Origin: Mariprofundaceae bacterium
GTDB lineage: Bacteria > Pseudomonadota > Zetaproteobacteria > Mariprofundales > Mariprofundaceae
DNA length: 64,000 nucleotides
NCBI GenBank assembly: GCA_030950905.1
Contig: JAUZQQ010000027.1
Span: 9,306-73,305, forward strand
Reading direction: 5' to 3'
The notes under the pieces were generated by a model that did no database searches, was not told the DNA's origin, and worked only from the letters and a program-made list of their open reading frames with translations. This document shows, one piece after another, positions 1-9,468 of this stretch. A program made the translations under genes and the position numbers. Numbering within the stretch: the first letter of the stretch is position 1; each line of letters opens with the position of its first letter.

Positions 1-162
1 GGCTTCAAAGCCGCATTCGTAGGCAGATAGCTTTTCATCATCAGGTTTTTGCTCGGCCACGCCCATGGTCATCATCAAAGGAGCCGCGCCCATGGCAAAA
101 GCAATTAAGATAAATACAAAGATCGGGGCATATTCGTTTGCAAGGTATGCAGCACCCATCAT
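1..162 (-). CDS. nuoA: NADH-quinone oxidoreductase subunit A, N-terminal 54 codons (gene runs off the left edge)
   Basis: Not in the ORF track because there is no stop in the window. Minus-strand translation from ATG 162 (second ATG at 159) gives MMGAAYLANEYAPIFVFILIAFAMGAAPLMMTMGVAEQKPDDEKLSAYECGFEA. This is a TM helix followed by the NuoA/ND3 hallmark S-x-YECGF. GGAGG Shine-Dalgarno at 165-169. It replaces track ORFs 41..259(-) and 65..250(+). Confidence 0.8.
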   Translation of the reverse strand, partial: MMGAAYLANEYAPIFVFILIAFAMGAAPLMMTMGVAEQKPDDEKLSAYECGFEA

Positions 163-644
163 TTCCTCCTTTGGTATGGTAAGGCATTCGCCAGACCAAT
201 TTCGACCCTCCAGCCAAAGCATCCCAGCATTGATGCGGTCGGATTTCTAACAGAATCACCGCATCACCGCAAGAAGAAGATCATAACCTCAAGGCGTTAA
301 GTATTCGTTTTACTTGTTGCATACAGGGAAAATGAACAAAACATCATGAATGTTTTTTCATCATCGTATTGCGCACAGCCTTCTTCGAACCTCTGACCCG
401 AACCTGTTCCTTATTGAATTCGGTAGTAACTTAAGCGCTTTCCAATTTTTATCTGACATATGTGGGTAATGGCGTTGACCATTTGCAAATGCAATTGGCT
501 GACGTTCAATCGCAGGGCGATTTTTTGTAGTGTAAATCCACGGGCTACGAAGAAGATACCTTAGCAGAAAATTTGTGCTTGTGTTTAAACTTTCACGAAC
601 TTACGGGTTGTGGTACTAGCTTAGTAACGGATAGCTTACGAGAA

Positions 645-1130
645 TTAATGAACGTAACGGGTTAAAAAACGATCCAATGCGTTGGCAAAAGCCATACAAT
701 CACCCTTGCCAAAGACGGGGGGCCCGCCTGTGATAACGCCAGAACCACGCAAATTATCTAAGAAGTTACGCATAGCCAACGATTGTTGAACATTGTCTTT
801 GTTGTACAGTGTGCCGCGAGGGTTCAGTGCATGCCCCCCTTTGCCAATAACTTCGGCAGCCAAAGGGATATCAGCAGTAATCACCAAATCACCTGTTGAT
901 AAACGCGATACAATTTCTTGATCTGCCACATCAGCGCCTTTTTTCACGACAATATTTTTAATCCATGGTGAACGGGGAATATGCAATGAGGCATTGGCAA
1001 CCAAGGTAAGCTCTACCTCCAAGCGTTGACTGGCACGGTAGAGTATTGCTTTTATTGCTTTTGGGCAGGCATCAGCATCAACCCAAATATGCAATAGATC
1101 AATCTTCTCAGGCAAGAATCCAGCCTGCAT
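645..1130 (-). CDS. yaiI: YaiI/YqxD family protein (UPF0178, DUF188)
   Basis: Motifs IWVDADACP and ITADIPLAA are typical of YaiI. The track start at 1154 is probably too long. ATG 1130 or TTG 1094 (two codons before IWVDADACP, as in E. coli YaiI) is more likely. Confidence 0.75.
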   Translation of the reverse strand: MQAGFLPEKIDLLHIWVDADACPKAIKAILYRASQRLEVELTLVANASLHIPRSPWIKNIVVKKGADVADQEIVSRLSTGDLVITADIPLAAEVIGKGGHALNPRGTLYNKDNVQQSLAMRNFLDNLRGSGVITGGPPVFGKGDCMAFANALDRFLTRYVH

Positions 1131-1347
1131 GAAACAAATCATCCACAGAGTCAAAATGAAGAAATGTATGGCTGTTTTTCATGCAGCGTAAACGGTACAA
1201 GGATTTATCCATCTCTGCCTCGTAAACAAAATGGCGCGAACCATCAATGTTTTTAAAAACAATTTTACCATTTAACGATAAATAACGCGACTCGGTTATC
1301 GCAGAACGTGAGCGTTCTAACATTGTTTCAGACCATGTTTCACCCAT
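1108..1347 (-). CDS. Hypothetical small protein (79 aa)
   Basis: ORF only, with no motif I recognise. Its stop (1108-1110) lies 13 nt upstream of the TTG 1094 candidate start of yaiI, which fits co-transcription. Confidence 0.3.
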   Translation of the reverse strand: MGETWSETMLERSRSAITESRYLSLNGKIVFKNIDGSRHFVYEAEMDKSLYRLRCMKNSHTFLHFDSVDDLFHAGWILA

Positions 1348-1390
1348 GATACATCTCCCTCTTGGGTTTTATAGTAGCAGGTAGCCTCTA

Positions 1391-3619
1391 TTAAAAACTT
1401 GGAATCAAACCACCCAATGCTTTATTAACCTTATCTTTCGCTGCCTTTAGCGGGGCTTTACTTGCAGCATCTTTTAGTGTGTTAGCAACACCTGTGCCAT
1501 TGCCCTTAAAAGCATTTTTTACGCCGTTAATAAACGATGCAGCATCAAGCTCTGGGCTGATTGAAGGAGAATCAAACGGGCCAACAATACGCAATGGAAT
1601 GGTGATACCTGTACGCCCATTCGCTTGATCACCCTGCCCCACCAGCGTTGCCACCAATTTAGGTCGCATATGATAATCCATGGTTGACGTTGGCAGATTT
1701 ACCGTACCTTTTCCTGTTAAGCGAAACAATGGTGAAGCCATGAACAAATCATTGTTACTGACTATGCCATCACGAACTGTAAAGCTTGCTTGTAACTGGG
1801 CAAAGTCCGTGTACTGCGCGCCTTTTTTCTTGCCTAATGTACTTATATTTCGCAGTGCATGGGCTATATCAAAACCTTTAACTTTACCATTGGTCATTTT
1901 CACCTTTGCACTGCCGTTTAAAGCGCGTTTAATGGATGTTGGCAGTACACCCTTACCCTGAAAATTTGTTGTCAGTTGCAAACGACCATCCAATTGATCG
2001 GAATCAGCAAAGCGTTGCAACAATGGGCCAATATTAACCCCTTTAACAGATACAGACTCACGCCATGTTATGGGGTGATTGTTAATATTTATCCTTGCTT
2101 TTTCACGAACTTTACCGCCTGCAATAACAAAAGAAAGAGGGTTGATATTGATCATGCCCTGACTGCTTTGTACATTTAATGCAACATCATTGAACACTGC
2201 ATTTTTCACATGAAGCTGGCCAATAGAAGATTGCAGATTAATCTTCCATTTGGCATAGGCGCGCAAATCAGGCTCGCTTGTTGGGCTAACTTCTTTAACC
2301 GCAGGTGCATCATTTTCGTTATTTGCGCTTGAAGAAAACGGCAACCAAGGATCAAGGTGCAATTGATCAGCATGCAGTCGCAAACGTATATTGGGGTTTT
2401 TACCCATCACATAACGCCCCGATAATTTTAACAAGTCTTGATCCAAATGTACTTTCATGTTTTGTAAATTGATGATGCCATCGCTAACTTTTAGTGCCAA
2501 AGCAATATCCATTTGTTTCCAAGGGTTGGGGTGATCGGCATACATGGCCACCAGCGCTGGTAGCCATGTTGACAACCATTTTCGGGTAATAACTTCGCTA
2601 TTAATCTGCATTGCTACAGTAGGAGATCCCTCTTTCTCTAGGGTAATATTGCCTTTGGCATGTAACAAAGATTGTCCATCGAGTGACATATTGGATGACT
2701 TTAATTGCAGATGCTGAGCATCAATTTGTTCGACTATCCATTGCAGGCTTATTTCATGCGCAGCTTTTAAGGTAAAAGAACCATCAGAAGTGCGAAGACC
2801 ATCAGGGCGTTGTTCCACCTGTATATTCATCAGCACAGAAGCCTGTTCTTTACTGCCCAGTAAATCAGGGAAATCAGGGAATATTGCAGCAAAATTCGTT
2901 AAAGCCAAATGGCTGCTGCTAAGCTGAAGCTGCACAGGAATACGTTCAACAACCAACCTATCTATATCACCCACTGGGCCAACTTTACCCTGCAACGTAA
3001 TAGTATCATCGCCTATATTCACCGATGCTTGAACATTGATAGGCCGCTCTTGCTGTACATCATGCAAGGCCAATTGAATGTTTTTGAGCGTAATATTTTG
3101 CCCAGTGCTGGCATCGTCCCAAGCAATACGGCCATCATTGAGTAAAATAGACTCTGCTTCAAAAGCAAATGGCAAAGAGCCACTCTTCGTGGACTCACCT
3201 TTCGCTTCATCTTTGGGCGGAAGTGAAACATCGCCTTGCAAATCTTGCCAATTTCCTATGCCATCTTTATTGCGTTGCAAATGAATTTCTGGGGCATTCA
3301 GTTCAAAACGCTTAAGTTCAATCTTTTGCTGCAACAAGGGCAAAAAAGCCAACTGAACATCCAACCTTCCAACTTTAAGAAAAAAGGGCGCGCTAAAGCC
3401 ATCAGCATTGGCAAAATTAACGTCTTCTAATTTCAAACCAATCCAAGGGAACAACGATGCCTGCATCTTACCAATGTGCAATGCGCGCCCTGTTGAATCT
3501 TCAACCTGCTGCTCAATCTTTATTCGGTATTGATCCACATCAATGATGAATGGCGCAATCAATAATCCACCCAATAGCAGTACCACTGCAATACTAAAAT
3601 ACTTTAAACCACGCATCAT
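1391..3619 (-). CDS. asmA: AsmA family outer-membrane biogenesis protein
   Basis: 742 aa. N-terminal signal-anchor MMRGLKYFSIAVVLLLGGLLIAPFIID followed by a long beta-rich region, as in AsmA/DUF748 family proteins. Lies 15 nt downstream of glmM. Confidence 0.65.
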   Translation of the reverse strand: MMRGLKYFSIAVVLLLGGLLIAPFIIDVDQYRIKIEQQVEDSTGRALHIGKMQASLFPWIGLKLEDVNFANADGFSAPFFLKVGRLDVQLAFLPLLQQKIELKRFELNAPEIHLQRNKDGIGNWQDLQGDVSLPPKDEAKGESTKSGSLPFAFEAESILLNDGRIAWDDASTGQNITLKNIQLALHDVQQERPINVQASVNIGDDTITLQGKVGPVGDIDRLVVERIPVQLQLSSSHLALTNFAAIFPDFPDLLGSKEQASVLMNIQVEQRPDGLRTSDGSFTLKAAHEISLQWIVEQIDAQHLQLKSSNMSLDGQSLLHAKGNITLEKEGSPTVAMQINSEVITRKWLSTWLPALVAMYADHPNPWKQMDIALALKVSDGIINLQNMKVHLDQDLLKLSGRYVMGKNPNIRLRLHADQLHLDPWLPFSSSANNENDAPAVKEVSPTSEPDLRAYAKWKINLQSSIGQLHVKNAVFNDVALNVQSSQGMININPLSFVIAGGKVREKARININNHPITWRESVSVKGVNIGPLLQRFADSDQLDGRLQLTTNFQGKGVLPTSIKRALNGSAKVKMTNGKVKGFDIAHALRNISTLGKKKGAQYTDFAQLQASFTVRDGIVSNNDLFMASPLFRLTGKGTVNLPTSTMDYHMRPKLVATLVGQGDQANGRTGITIPLRIVGPFDSPSISPELDAASFINGVKNAFKGNGTGVANTLKDAASKAPLKAAKDKVNKALGGLIPSF

Positions 3620-3634
3620 TATGCTCTCCTATTG

Positions 3635-4993
3635 TTATCCCTGATTTTTTTGATGAACAGCATGGGTTAGCGCTGTTACCAAATGCTTGCCCGTGCTCTG
3701 CATCAGCATTTCATCTTTTGCCTCAACCATGACACGCAACTTAGGTTCCGTACCAGACATGCGAACATTGATGCGACCTTCGCCTTTTAATGAGGATTCT
3801 GAATCTTTAATCAACTGTTGCACACTTTTTTCTTTCAATAAGGGGAAACGCTTGGGCATGATGATGTTCCATAAATGCTGGGGAAAGAGTTTCATACTGC
3901 CAGCCAAAAGATTCAATGGCTGGTCTTCATCACGCATCGCACACAACAATTGCAGTGCAGTCATCAAGCCATCACCTGTGGTATTGTTGTCGAGCATAAT
4001 CATATGGCCTGATTGTTCACCGCCAAAATTACAGCCTTTTTCGCGCATCATTTCCAACACATAACGATCGCCAACATCCGAGCGGTGCATGGTCAACCCT
4101 ATGCTCGCTAAATAATGCTCCAAGCCCATATTGCTCATGCTTGTTGTGACGACACCACCACCTTTTAATTGGCCATGTTTCATGGCGTGGGTGGCTAAAA
4201 TTGCAATCACGCGGTCGCCATCAATGATCTGCCCTTGTGCATCGCAGGCAATAAGACGGTCTGCATCACCATCCAAGGCAAAGCCTACATCGGCTTGCTC
4301 GGCGATCACCCGTTTACACATCGCTTCAGGGTATGTCGAGCCGCATTCTTTGTTGATATTGTAGCCGTTGGGTCGATCAAACATCACGGTAAGCTTGCAG
4401 CCCAATTCACGAAACAAATGCGGGGCAACGTCGTAGGCTGCCCCGTGGGCGCAATCGACCACCACACGCAAACCATCAAAACGCATGTTTCGTGGCAACG
4501 AAGCTTTTAAAAATTCGATGTACCGTCCCCGTGCATCATCAATACGAAGAGCTTTACCAACCGCCAGCGCGGCAGGCAGTGGCGGCAGATTATCCATCGC
4601 CGCTTCAATCGCCAATTCTACAGAATCAGGAAGTTTAAACCCATCAGCGCCAAAAAATTTAATGCCATTATCGCCTGCTTGATTGTGCGATGCTGATAAC
4701 ATTACACCGGCATCAGCACGCAAGCTGCGTGTTAAGTAGGCCACTGCGGGGGTAGGTATTGGCCCAACCAAATGCACATTCATACCTTGTGCCGTTAAAC
4801 CAGCACACAAGGCTGATTCAATCATGTAACCTGATAAGCGCGTATCTTTACCGATTAAAACATGGGGTTGATGTGGTAAATGCTGCGTTAATACATGCCC
4901 CGCAGCACGCCCCAATTGCAAAGAAAATTCTGCGGTCATGGGGTATTGATTCACTGGTCCACGGACACCGTCGGTGCCAAAATATTTACGCAT
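3635..4993 (-). CDS. glmM: Phosphoglucosamine mutase
   Basis: N-terminus MRKYFGTDGVRG, phosphoserine loop SASHNQAGDNGIKFF, metal loop LDGDADR, and GEQSGH near the C-terminus. Confidence 0.95.
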   Translation of the reverse strand: MRKYFGTDGVRGPVNQYPMTAEFSLQLGRAAGHVLTQHLPHQPHVLIGKDTRLSGYMIESALCAGLTAQGMNVHLVGPIPTPAVAYLTRSLRADAGVMLSASHNQAGDNGIKFFGADGFKLPDSVELAIEAAMDNLPPLPAALAVGKALRIDDARGRYIEFLKASLPRNMRFDGLRVVVDCAHGAAYDVAPHLFRELGCKLTVMFDRPNGYNINKECGSTYPEAMCKRVIAEQADVGFALDGDADRLIACDAQGQIIDGDRVIAILATHAMKHGQLKGGGVVTTSMSNMGLEHYLASIGLTMHRSDVGDRYVLEMMREKGCNFGGEQSGHMIMLDNNTTGDGLMTALQLLCAMRDEDQPLNLLAGSMKLFPQHLWNIIMPKRFPLLKEKSVQQLIKDSESSLKGEGRINVRMSGTEPKLRVMVEAKDEMLMQSTGKHLVTALTHAVHQKNQG

Positions 4994-5006
4994 GTACGTG
5001 TATTCC

Positions 5007-5687
5007 TTATTTCAGCGGCATTTCGGCTGTTTTGGTTTTTATATTGGTATCGCGAAGATAGCCTTGCACAACAAACGTTGCATCTTTTTTATCCAGCTTT
5101 AATGCTTTACCCACAGGCACAACAATTCTCGCGGTTAATGTAAAAGCTCCTGATTGCAAGGCAGGACGCAGGGCTTCCGTTGACAAATAGGTTAATTCTT
5201 CAAACCAGATCTCAGGCCCGCTTATAGCCACGCTCTTTGGTGAAATGGTCTCATTTTCGACGTGCCAGCCTTCGACCAGATCAAATTTAGGATGAACATC
5301 AATATTTTTTCTCACCAAACGATCAACTTGCAATTGTAAACGATCGGGTTGAATGTTATCAACAACCAAGCCAGGCGGTAAATGAATCGCCTCAACCTCA
5401 ATGGGACGCTCCACCACCACAGGCTCAAGCAAGCCCTCTGCAGAAAGCGAAACATACAGTTTTTTTTCATCCAACGATTTCAATCGGGCTTGCAAGCCAC
5501 TGATTGTCACTTTAACGTGGTCAGGCAACTCATTGATCAAGACCATGCCATCAGCAAGGCCACGCAGTTGTAAAGAAACATCCATATTTAAGGTGCTCTC
5601 ACCTTGCCCATGCACTTGAAACCACAACAAAACAGCAATCAATACAGCCCAAGCATAAAGTGTAAGGCCACGCAAACGCTGATTCAT
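5007..5687 (-). CDS. cdaR: YbbR-domain protein, CdaA regulator CdaR-like
   Basis: N-terminal TM segment followed by repeated YbbR-like beta modules. ATG 5687 forms an ATGA overlap with the cdaA stop (5684-5686); the track start is 5699. Its position between cdaA and glmM matches the conserved cdaA-cdaR-glmM arrangement. Confidence 0.6.
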   Translation of the reverse strand: MNQRLRGLTLYAWAVLIAVLLWFQVHGQGESTLNMDVSLQLRGLADGMVLINELPDHVKVTISGLQARLKSLDEKKLYVSLSAEGLLEPVVVERPIEVEAIHLPPGLVVDNIQPDRLQLQVDRLVRKNIDVHPKFDLVEGWHVENETISPKSVAISGPEIWFEELTYLSTEALRPALQSGAFTLTARIVVPVGKALKLDKKDATFVVQGYLRDTNIKTKTAEMPLK

Positions 5688-6481
5688 GACTTTTTCCACA
5701 ATGGTGGCGTTGGACGCAATTCTCGCAATAAATAATCCACCAATGCTTGACGGTCCAAGGTTTCGCTTAAACCATGTTGATCTGCCACATGAATATCAGC
5801 CCGTTCTTCTGAAACAATAACCACCAAAGCGTCACTTTCTTCGGTTAAGCCCACGGCGGCACGATGGCGGGTTCCAAAATCACCAGGCAAGGTATGGGCT
5901 TGCGCCAATGGCAGCAATACCCGTGCAGCGATAACCCGTGCGCCATCATTACTTTGGCGCAATACAATTGCACCATCATGCAGGGGAGCCTTGGGACAAA
6001 ACAACGTTAAGGCGACATCGGGGGTTAATGGAACATCCATCTTCACGGCACTGTCAGTTAAATGATTCAACCCTGTTTCACGCTCAATAACAAACAATGC
6101 GCCCCAATGCCGATGGGTCAAAGCTAGCGCAGAGTCAGCCAAACTGTAAACCAATGATTCAACAGCACTCGCCGAAGATGAGGTCAAGGGATTGATTGCC
6201 ACTTGCATCAAGCCACGGCGTATTTCATGCTGAAACAAAACCACCATAATCACCACAAAAAAGGAGAAAAATTGAGAAAAAAGCCATTCCAAGGTCAATA
6301 GGTTAAAATACCGAGCCAAGGCATAAACCACCATTAATACAACCAAACCCACCAACATTTGCTCGGCGCGTGTGCCACGGATCAAACGCAGCGCAAAATA
6401 CACAAACAATGAAACAAGGGCAATATCTACAGCATCAATAAAATGAAAGTTTAAATCGTCAAAAAAATGATAAGAAAACAT
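5684..6481 (-). CDS. cdaA: Diadenylate cyclase (membrane-anchored DAC domain)
   Basis: Three predicted N-terminal TM helices, then the DAC hallmark motifs HDGAIVL (DGA) and GTRHRAAVG (RHR). Confidence 0.85.
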   Translation of the reverse strand: MFSYHFFDDLNFHFIDAVDIALVSLFVYFALRLIRGTRAEQMLVGLVVLMVVYALARYFNLLTLEWLFSQFFSFFVVIMVVLFQHEIRRGLMQVAINPLTSSSASAVESLVYSLADSALALTHRHWGALFVIERETGLNHLTDSAVKMDVPLTPDVALTLFCPKAPLHDGAIVLRQSNDGARVIAARVLLPLAQAHTLPGDFGTRHRAAVGLTEESDALVVIVSEERADIHVADQHGLSETLDRQALVDYLLRELRPTPPLWKKS

Positions 6482-6483
6482 GA

Positions 6484-7344
6484 TTAACGCCGAATGCTTG
6501 GGCGTTGAATATCACGCAGGGGGGTTGCGATTTGTGCCACTTCGCGTTGGTGAAGCACATCATGAACACGCAAAATATCTGCCCCCACAAAACAAGCAAT
6601 AGCCACCGCCGCTGCCGTTGCCCATTCCCGTTCATCAACGCTTTTTCCTGTGATTGCACCAAGAAAGGATTTGCGAGAAACACCCAGCAATACTGGCAAG
6701 GAAAAATAGTCGCAAAGCTCATTTAAACGGGCAATCAATTGAAGGTTATCATTCAATGATTTACCAAAACCAATGCCTGGATCAAGAATAATACGTTTTC
6801 GAGCAATACCTGCTTGTTCACAAGCATGCAAACGCTGCTCAAAAAAACGAATGACGCAAGCCATAACATCAGCATCATACTGGAGGTTATGCTGCATCGT
6901 TTGCGGCGATCCTTGCATGTGCATAAGACAAATATCGGCATCACAATCTGCAAGAACGCTCATGCTTTCAGGGTCAAAACACAAGGCTGAAACATCATTA
7001 ATCATGCTTGCCCCCATCGTTACAACCTCTTGCATCAGCGCTGCTTTCATGGTGTCTACTGACACATTGCAACCTGCATCAAGCAAGCCTTGAACAACAG
7101 GAATCACCCGCTCACGTTCAGTGTGCAAAGGCACGGGGCTCGCACCTGGGCGGGTAGATTCACCGCCAACATCAATAATATCAGCACCTTGATGCCACAG
7201 ATCAATCCCATGGCTTATGGCATCGCTTGTATTTTGGTGCGTTGCGCCATCAGAAAAAGAATCAGGGGTGCAATTAAGCACCCCCATGATCCGTGGTGTT
7301 TGTCCAAGCTGACGATGCCAAGAAGATTTTAGTGCATCGGGCAT
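6484..7344 (-). CDS. folP: Dihydropteroate synthase
   Basis: GVLNCTPDSFSDG, IIDVGGESTRPGA and INDVS motifs. Located between ftsH and glmM as in many proteobacteria. Confidence 0.93.
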   Translation of the reverse strand: MPDALKSSWHRQLGQTPRIMGVLNCTPDSFSDGATHQNTSDAISHGIDLWHQGADIIDVGGESTRPGASPVPLHTERERVIPVVQGLLDAGCNVSVDTMKAALMQEVVTMGASMINDVSALCFDPESMSVLADCDADICLMHMQGSPQTMQHNLQYDADVMACVIRFFEQRLHACEQAGIARKRIILDPGIGFGKSLNDNLQLIARLNELCDYFSLPVLLGVSRKSFLGAITGKSVDEREWATAAAVAIACFVGADILRVHDVLHQREVAQIATPLRDIQRPSIRR

Positions 7345-7370
7345 AACAGCAAACCAACGCGACTTTTAGC

Positions 7371-9290
7371 TTAACTGTCCTGTTTTAGTCCATCGCCATT
7401 TAATTCGCTCGTATCATCGGTCAAAATAGTATCATCCGATGTATCATCATCATTCGTGTTCACAAGGGGGACTGCCTCATCACGTTGAATAGCTTCGCCA
7501 GCTAAAATTTGTGTTATTTCTTTGCCTGATAATGTTTCATACTCCAATAAAGCCTTTGTTAAACAATGAAGGTCATCAAGGTGGGTGGTTAAAATGCTTT
7601 TGGCTTGCTCATAAGAAAGATCAATAAAACGACGAATTTCAGTGTCAATAAGGCGCGATGTTTCATCCGAAACATGCTGTTGCCTGGCCACAGAACGCCC
7701 CAAGAATACCTCTTCTTCATTTTCACCATACTGCAAGGGGCCCAATTTGTCGGACAAACCCCAGCGGGTCACCATATTGCGCGCCAAACCTGTGGCCATT
7801 TGAATATCGCCCGCTGCCCCAGACGTTACTTTATCGTAACCAAAAATCATTTCTTCGGCAACACGCCCACCCATGGCTATGGCCAAATTGGCATGCATTT
7901 TTTCTCGCGATTGAGAGTATTCATCTTTCTCGGGCAAGCGCATCACCATGCCCAATGCCTGACCACGTGGAATGATGGTCATTTTATGAATGGGGTCAGA
8001 TGCAGGGCAGTGTACAGCAACCAAGGCATGACCCGCCTCATGGTAAGCGGTACAACGCTTTTCATCTTCAGTCATGATCATAGAGCGGCGTTCTGCGCCC
8101 ATCATCACCTTATCTTTGGCTTCATCAAAGTCGATAGCCCGAACTTTATCTCGGTTAAATCTTGCTGCAATCAACGCCGCTTCGTTCACCAAGTTCGCCA
8201 AGTCCGCGCCAGTAAAACCTGGCGTACCACGGGCAATAACCTTGGCATCAACACTGCTTTCCAATGGCACTTTTTTCATGTGAACATGCAAAATTTGAAG
8301 ACGGCCATTCAAATCAGGGCGACCGACAACCACCTGACGATCAAAACGACCAGGACGCAACAACGCAGGGTCAAGCACATCAGGACGATTCGTCGCCGCC
8401 ACCAAAATTACCCCTTCATTGGATTCAAAACCATCCATTTCAACCAGCATCTGGTTCAATGTTTGCTCACGTTCATCGTTACCGCCACCGACACCAGCAC
8501 CACGATGGCGACCCATGGCATCAATTTCGTCAACAAAGATAATGCAAGGGGAGTTTTTCTTTGCTTGCTCAAACATATCGCGCACACGGGACGCACCCAC
8601 GCCGACAAACATTTCAACAAAGTCAGAGCCAGAAATAGAGAAGAATGGCACGTCCGCTTCACCAGCCACAGCCCGTGCCAGCAGTGTTTTACCCGTGCCA
8701 GGAGGCCCAACCAATAATACACCTTTGGGTAACTTTCCGCCCAAACGGGTGAACTTGTCAGGGTCACGTAAAAACTCAATGATTTCAGTGACTTCTAGTT
8801 TTGCTTCATCACAGCCTGCAACATCATCAAAGGTAACTTTGTTGGTGTTTTCATTCAGCAATTTGGCGCGGCTCTTGCCAAAAGACAATGCACCGCCTTT
8901 GCCCCCTCCCTGCATTTGGCGCATAAAGAAAATCCAAACACCAATCAACAACAGCATAGGAAACCAAGAAATCAATATGGATACCAAAAAAGGCACTTCA
9001 GCAGGATGTTCTGCTTGCACCTCCACTTTGTTGGCCAGCAAACGCCTGACCAAATCAGGATCATTGGGCGCAAGCACCGTAAATGTTTTGGTGTCGCCAG
9101 AAAGGTCACGGTAAGTGCCAGATATTTGATCGTCTGCAATCACCGCCTTGTCTACCATACCTTGATCAACACGCTCAACAAACGCAGAATAACTCATGGG
9201 TTTACTGACTTCTGAGGGCGCAGCAAACATATTGAACACGCTCATCATGACAAGACCAACGGCCACCCATAACAATATATTTTTACCCAT
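7371..9290 (-). CDS. ftsH: ATP-dependent zinc metalloprotease FtsH
   Basis: Two TM segments, Walker A GPPGTGKT, Walker B IIFVDEID and zinc site HEAGHA. Acidic Asp/Thr-rich C-terminal tail. Confidence 0.97.
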   Translation of the reverse strand: MGKNILLWVAVGLVMMSVFNMFAAPSEVSKPMSYSAFVERVDQGMVDKAVIADDQISGTYRDLSGDTKTFTVLAPNDPDLVRRLLANKVEVQAEHPAEVPFLVSILISWFPMLLLIGVWIFFMRQMQGGGKGGALSFGKSRAKLLNENTNKVTFDDVAGCDEAKLEVTEIIEFLRDPDKFTRLGGKLPKGVLLVGPPGTGKTLLARAVAGEADVPFFSISGSDFVEMFVGVGASRVRDMFEQAKKNSPCIIFVDEIDAMGRHRGAGVGGGNDEREQTLNQMLVEMDGFESNEGVILVAATNRPDVLDPALLRPGRFDRQVVVGRPDLNGRLQILHVHMKKVPLESSVDAKVIARGTPGFTGADLANLVNEAALIAARFNRDKVRAIDFDEAKDKVMMGAERRSMIMTEDEKRCTAYHEAGHALVAVHCPASDPIHKMTIIPRGQALGMVMRLPEKDEYSQSREKMHANLAIAMGGRVAEEMIFGYDKVTSGAAGDIQMATGLARNMVTRWGLSDKLGPLQYGENEEEVFLGRSVARQQHVSDETSRLIDTEIRRFIDLSYEQAKSILTTHLDDLHCLTKALLEYETLSGKEITQILAGEAIQRDEAVPLVNTNDDDTSDDTILTDDTSELNGDGLKQDS

Positions 9291-9468
9291 GCAGCCAAAC
9301 TCCCATTACCCGTAGAGGGTTCTTCTCAATTGATTTAATTTTTTATTGCTTTGATATTTGTTACCGTATCAAGCACCGAATCATCTATATAAGGGCATCC
9401 ATAACAAGAAACAACCCTGTGACAAACGCGGAAGTCTGCCTGAGCAGCCTAAAAAAGTCATGAATGAC

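Noticed and set aside
41-259. Track ORFs 41..259(-) and 65..250(+) at the left edge
   Set aside because: A different minus-strand frame gives an unmistakable NuoA N-terminus (..SAYECGFEA) with a GGAGG ribosome-binding site. The two track ORFs have no recognisable features and overlap it.
7605-9114. Long antisense ORFs inside ftsH (7605..8717, 370 aa; 8419..9114, 231 aa)
   Set aside because: These are shadow ORFs opposite a highly conserved gene. Their products are His/Arg/Thr/Ser-rich low-complexity sequences with no motifs.
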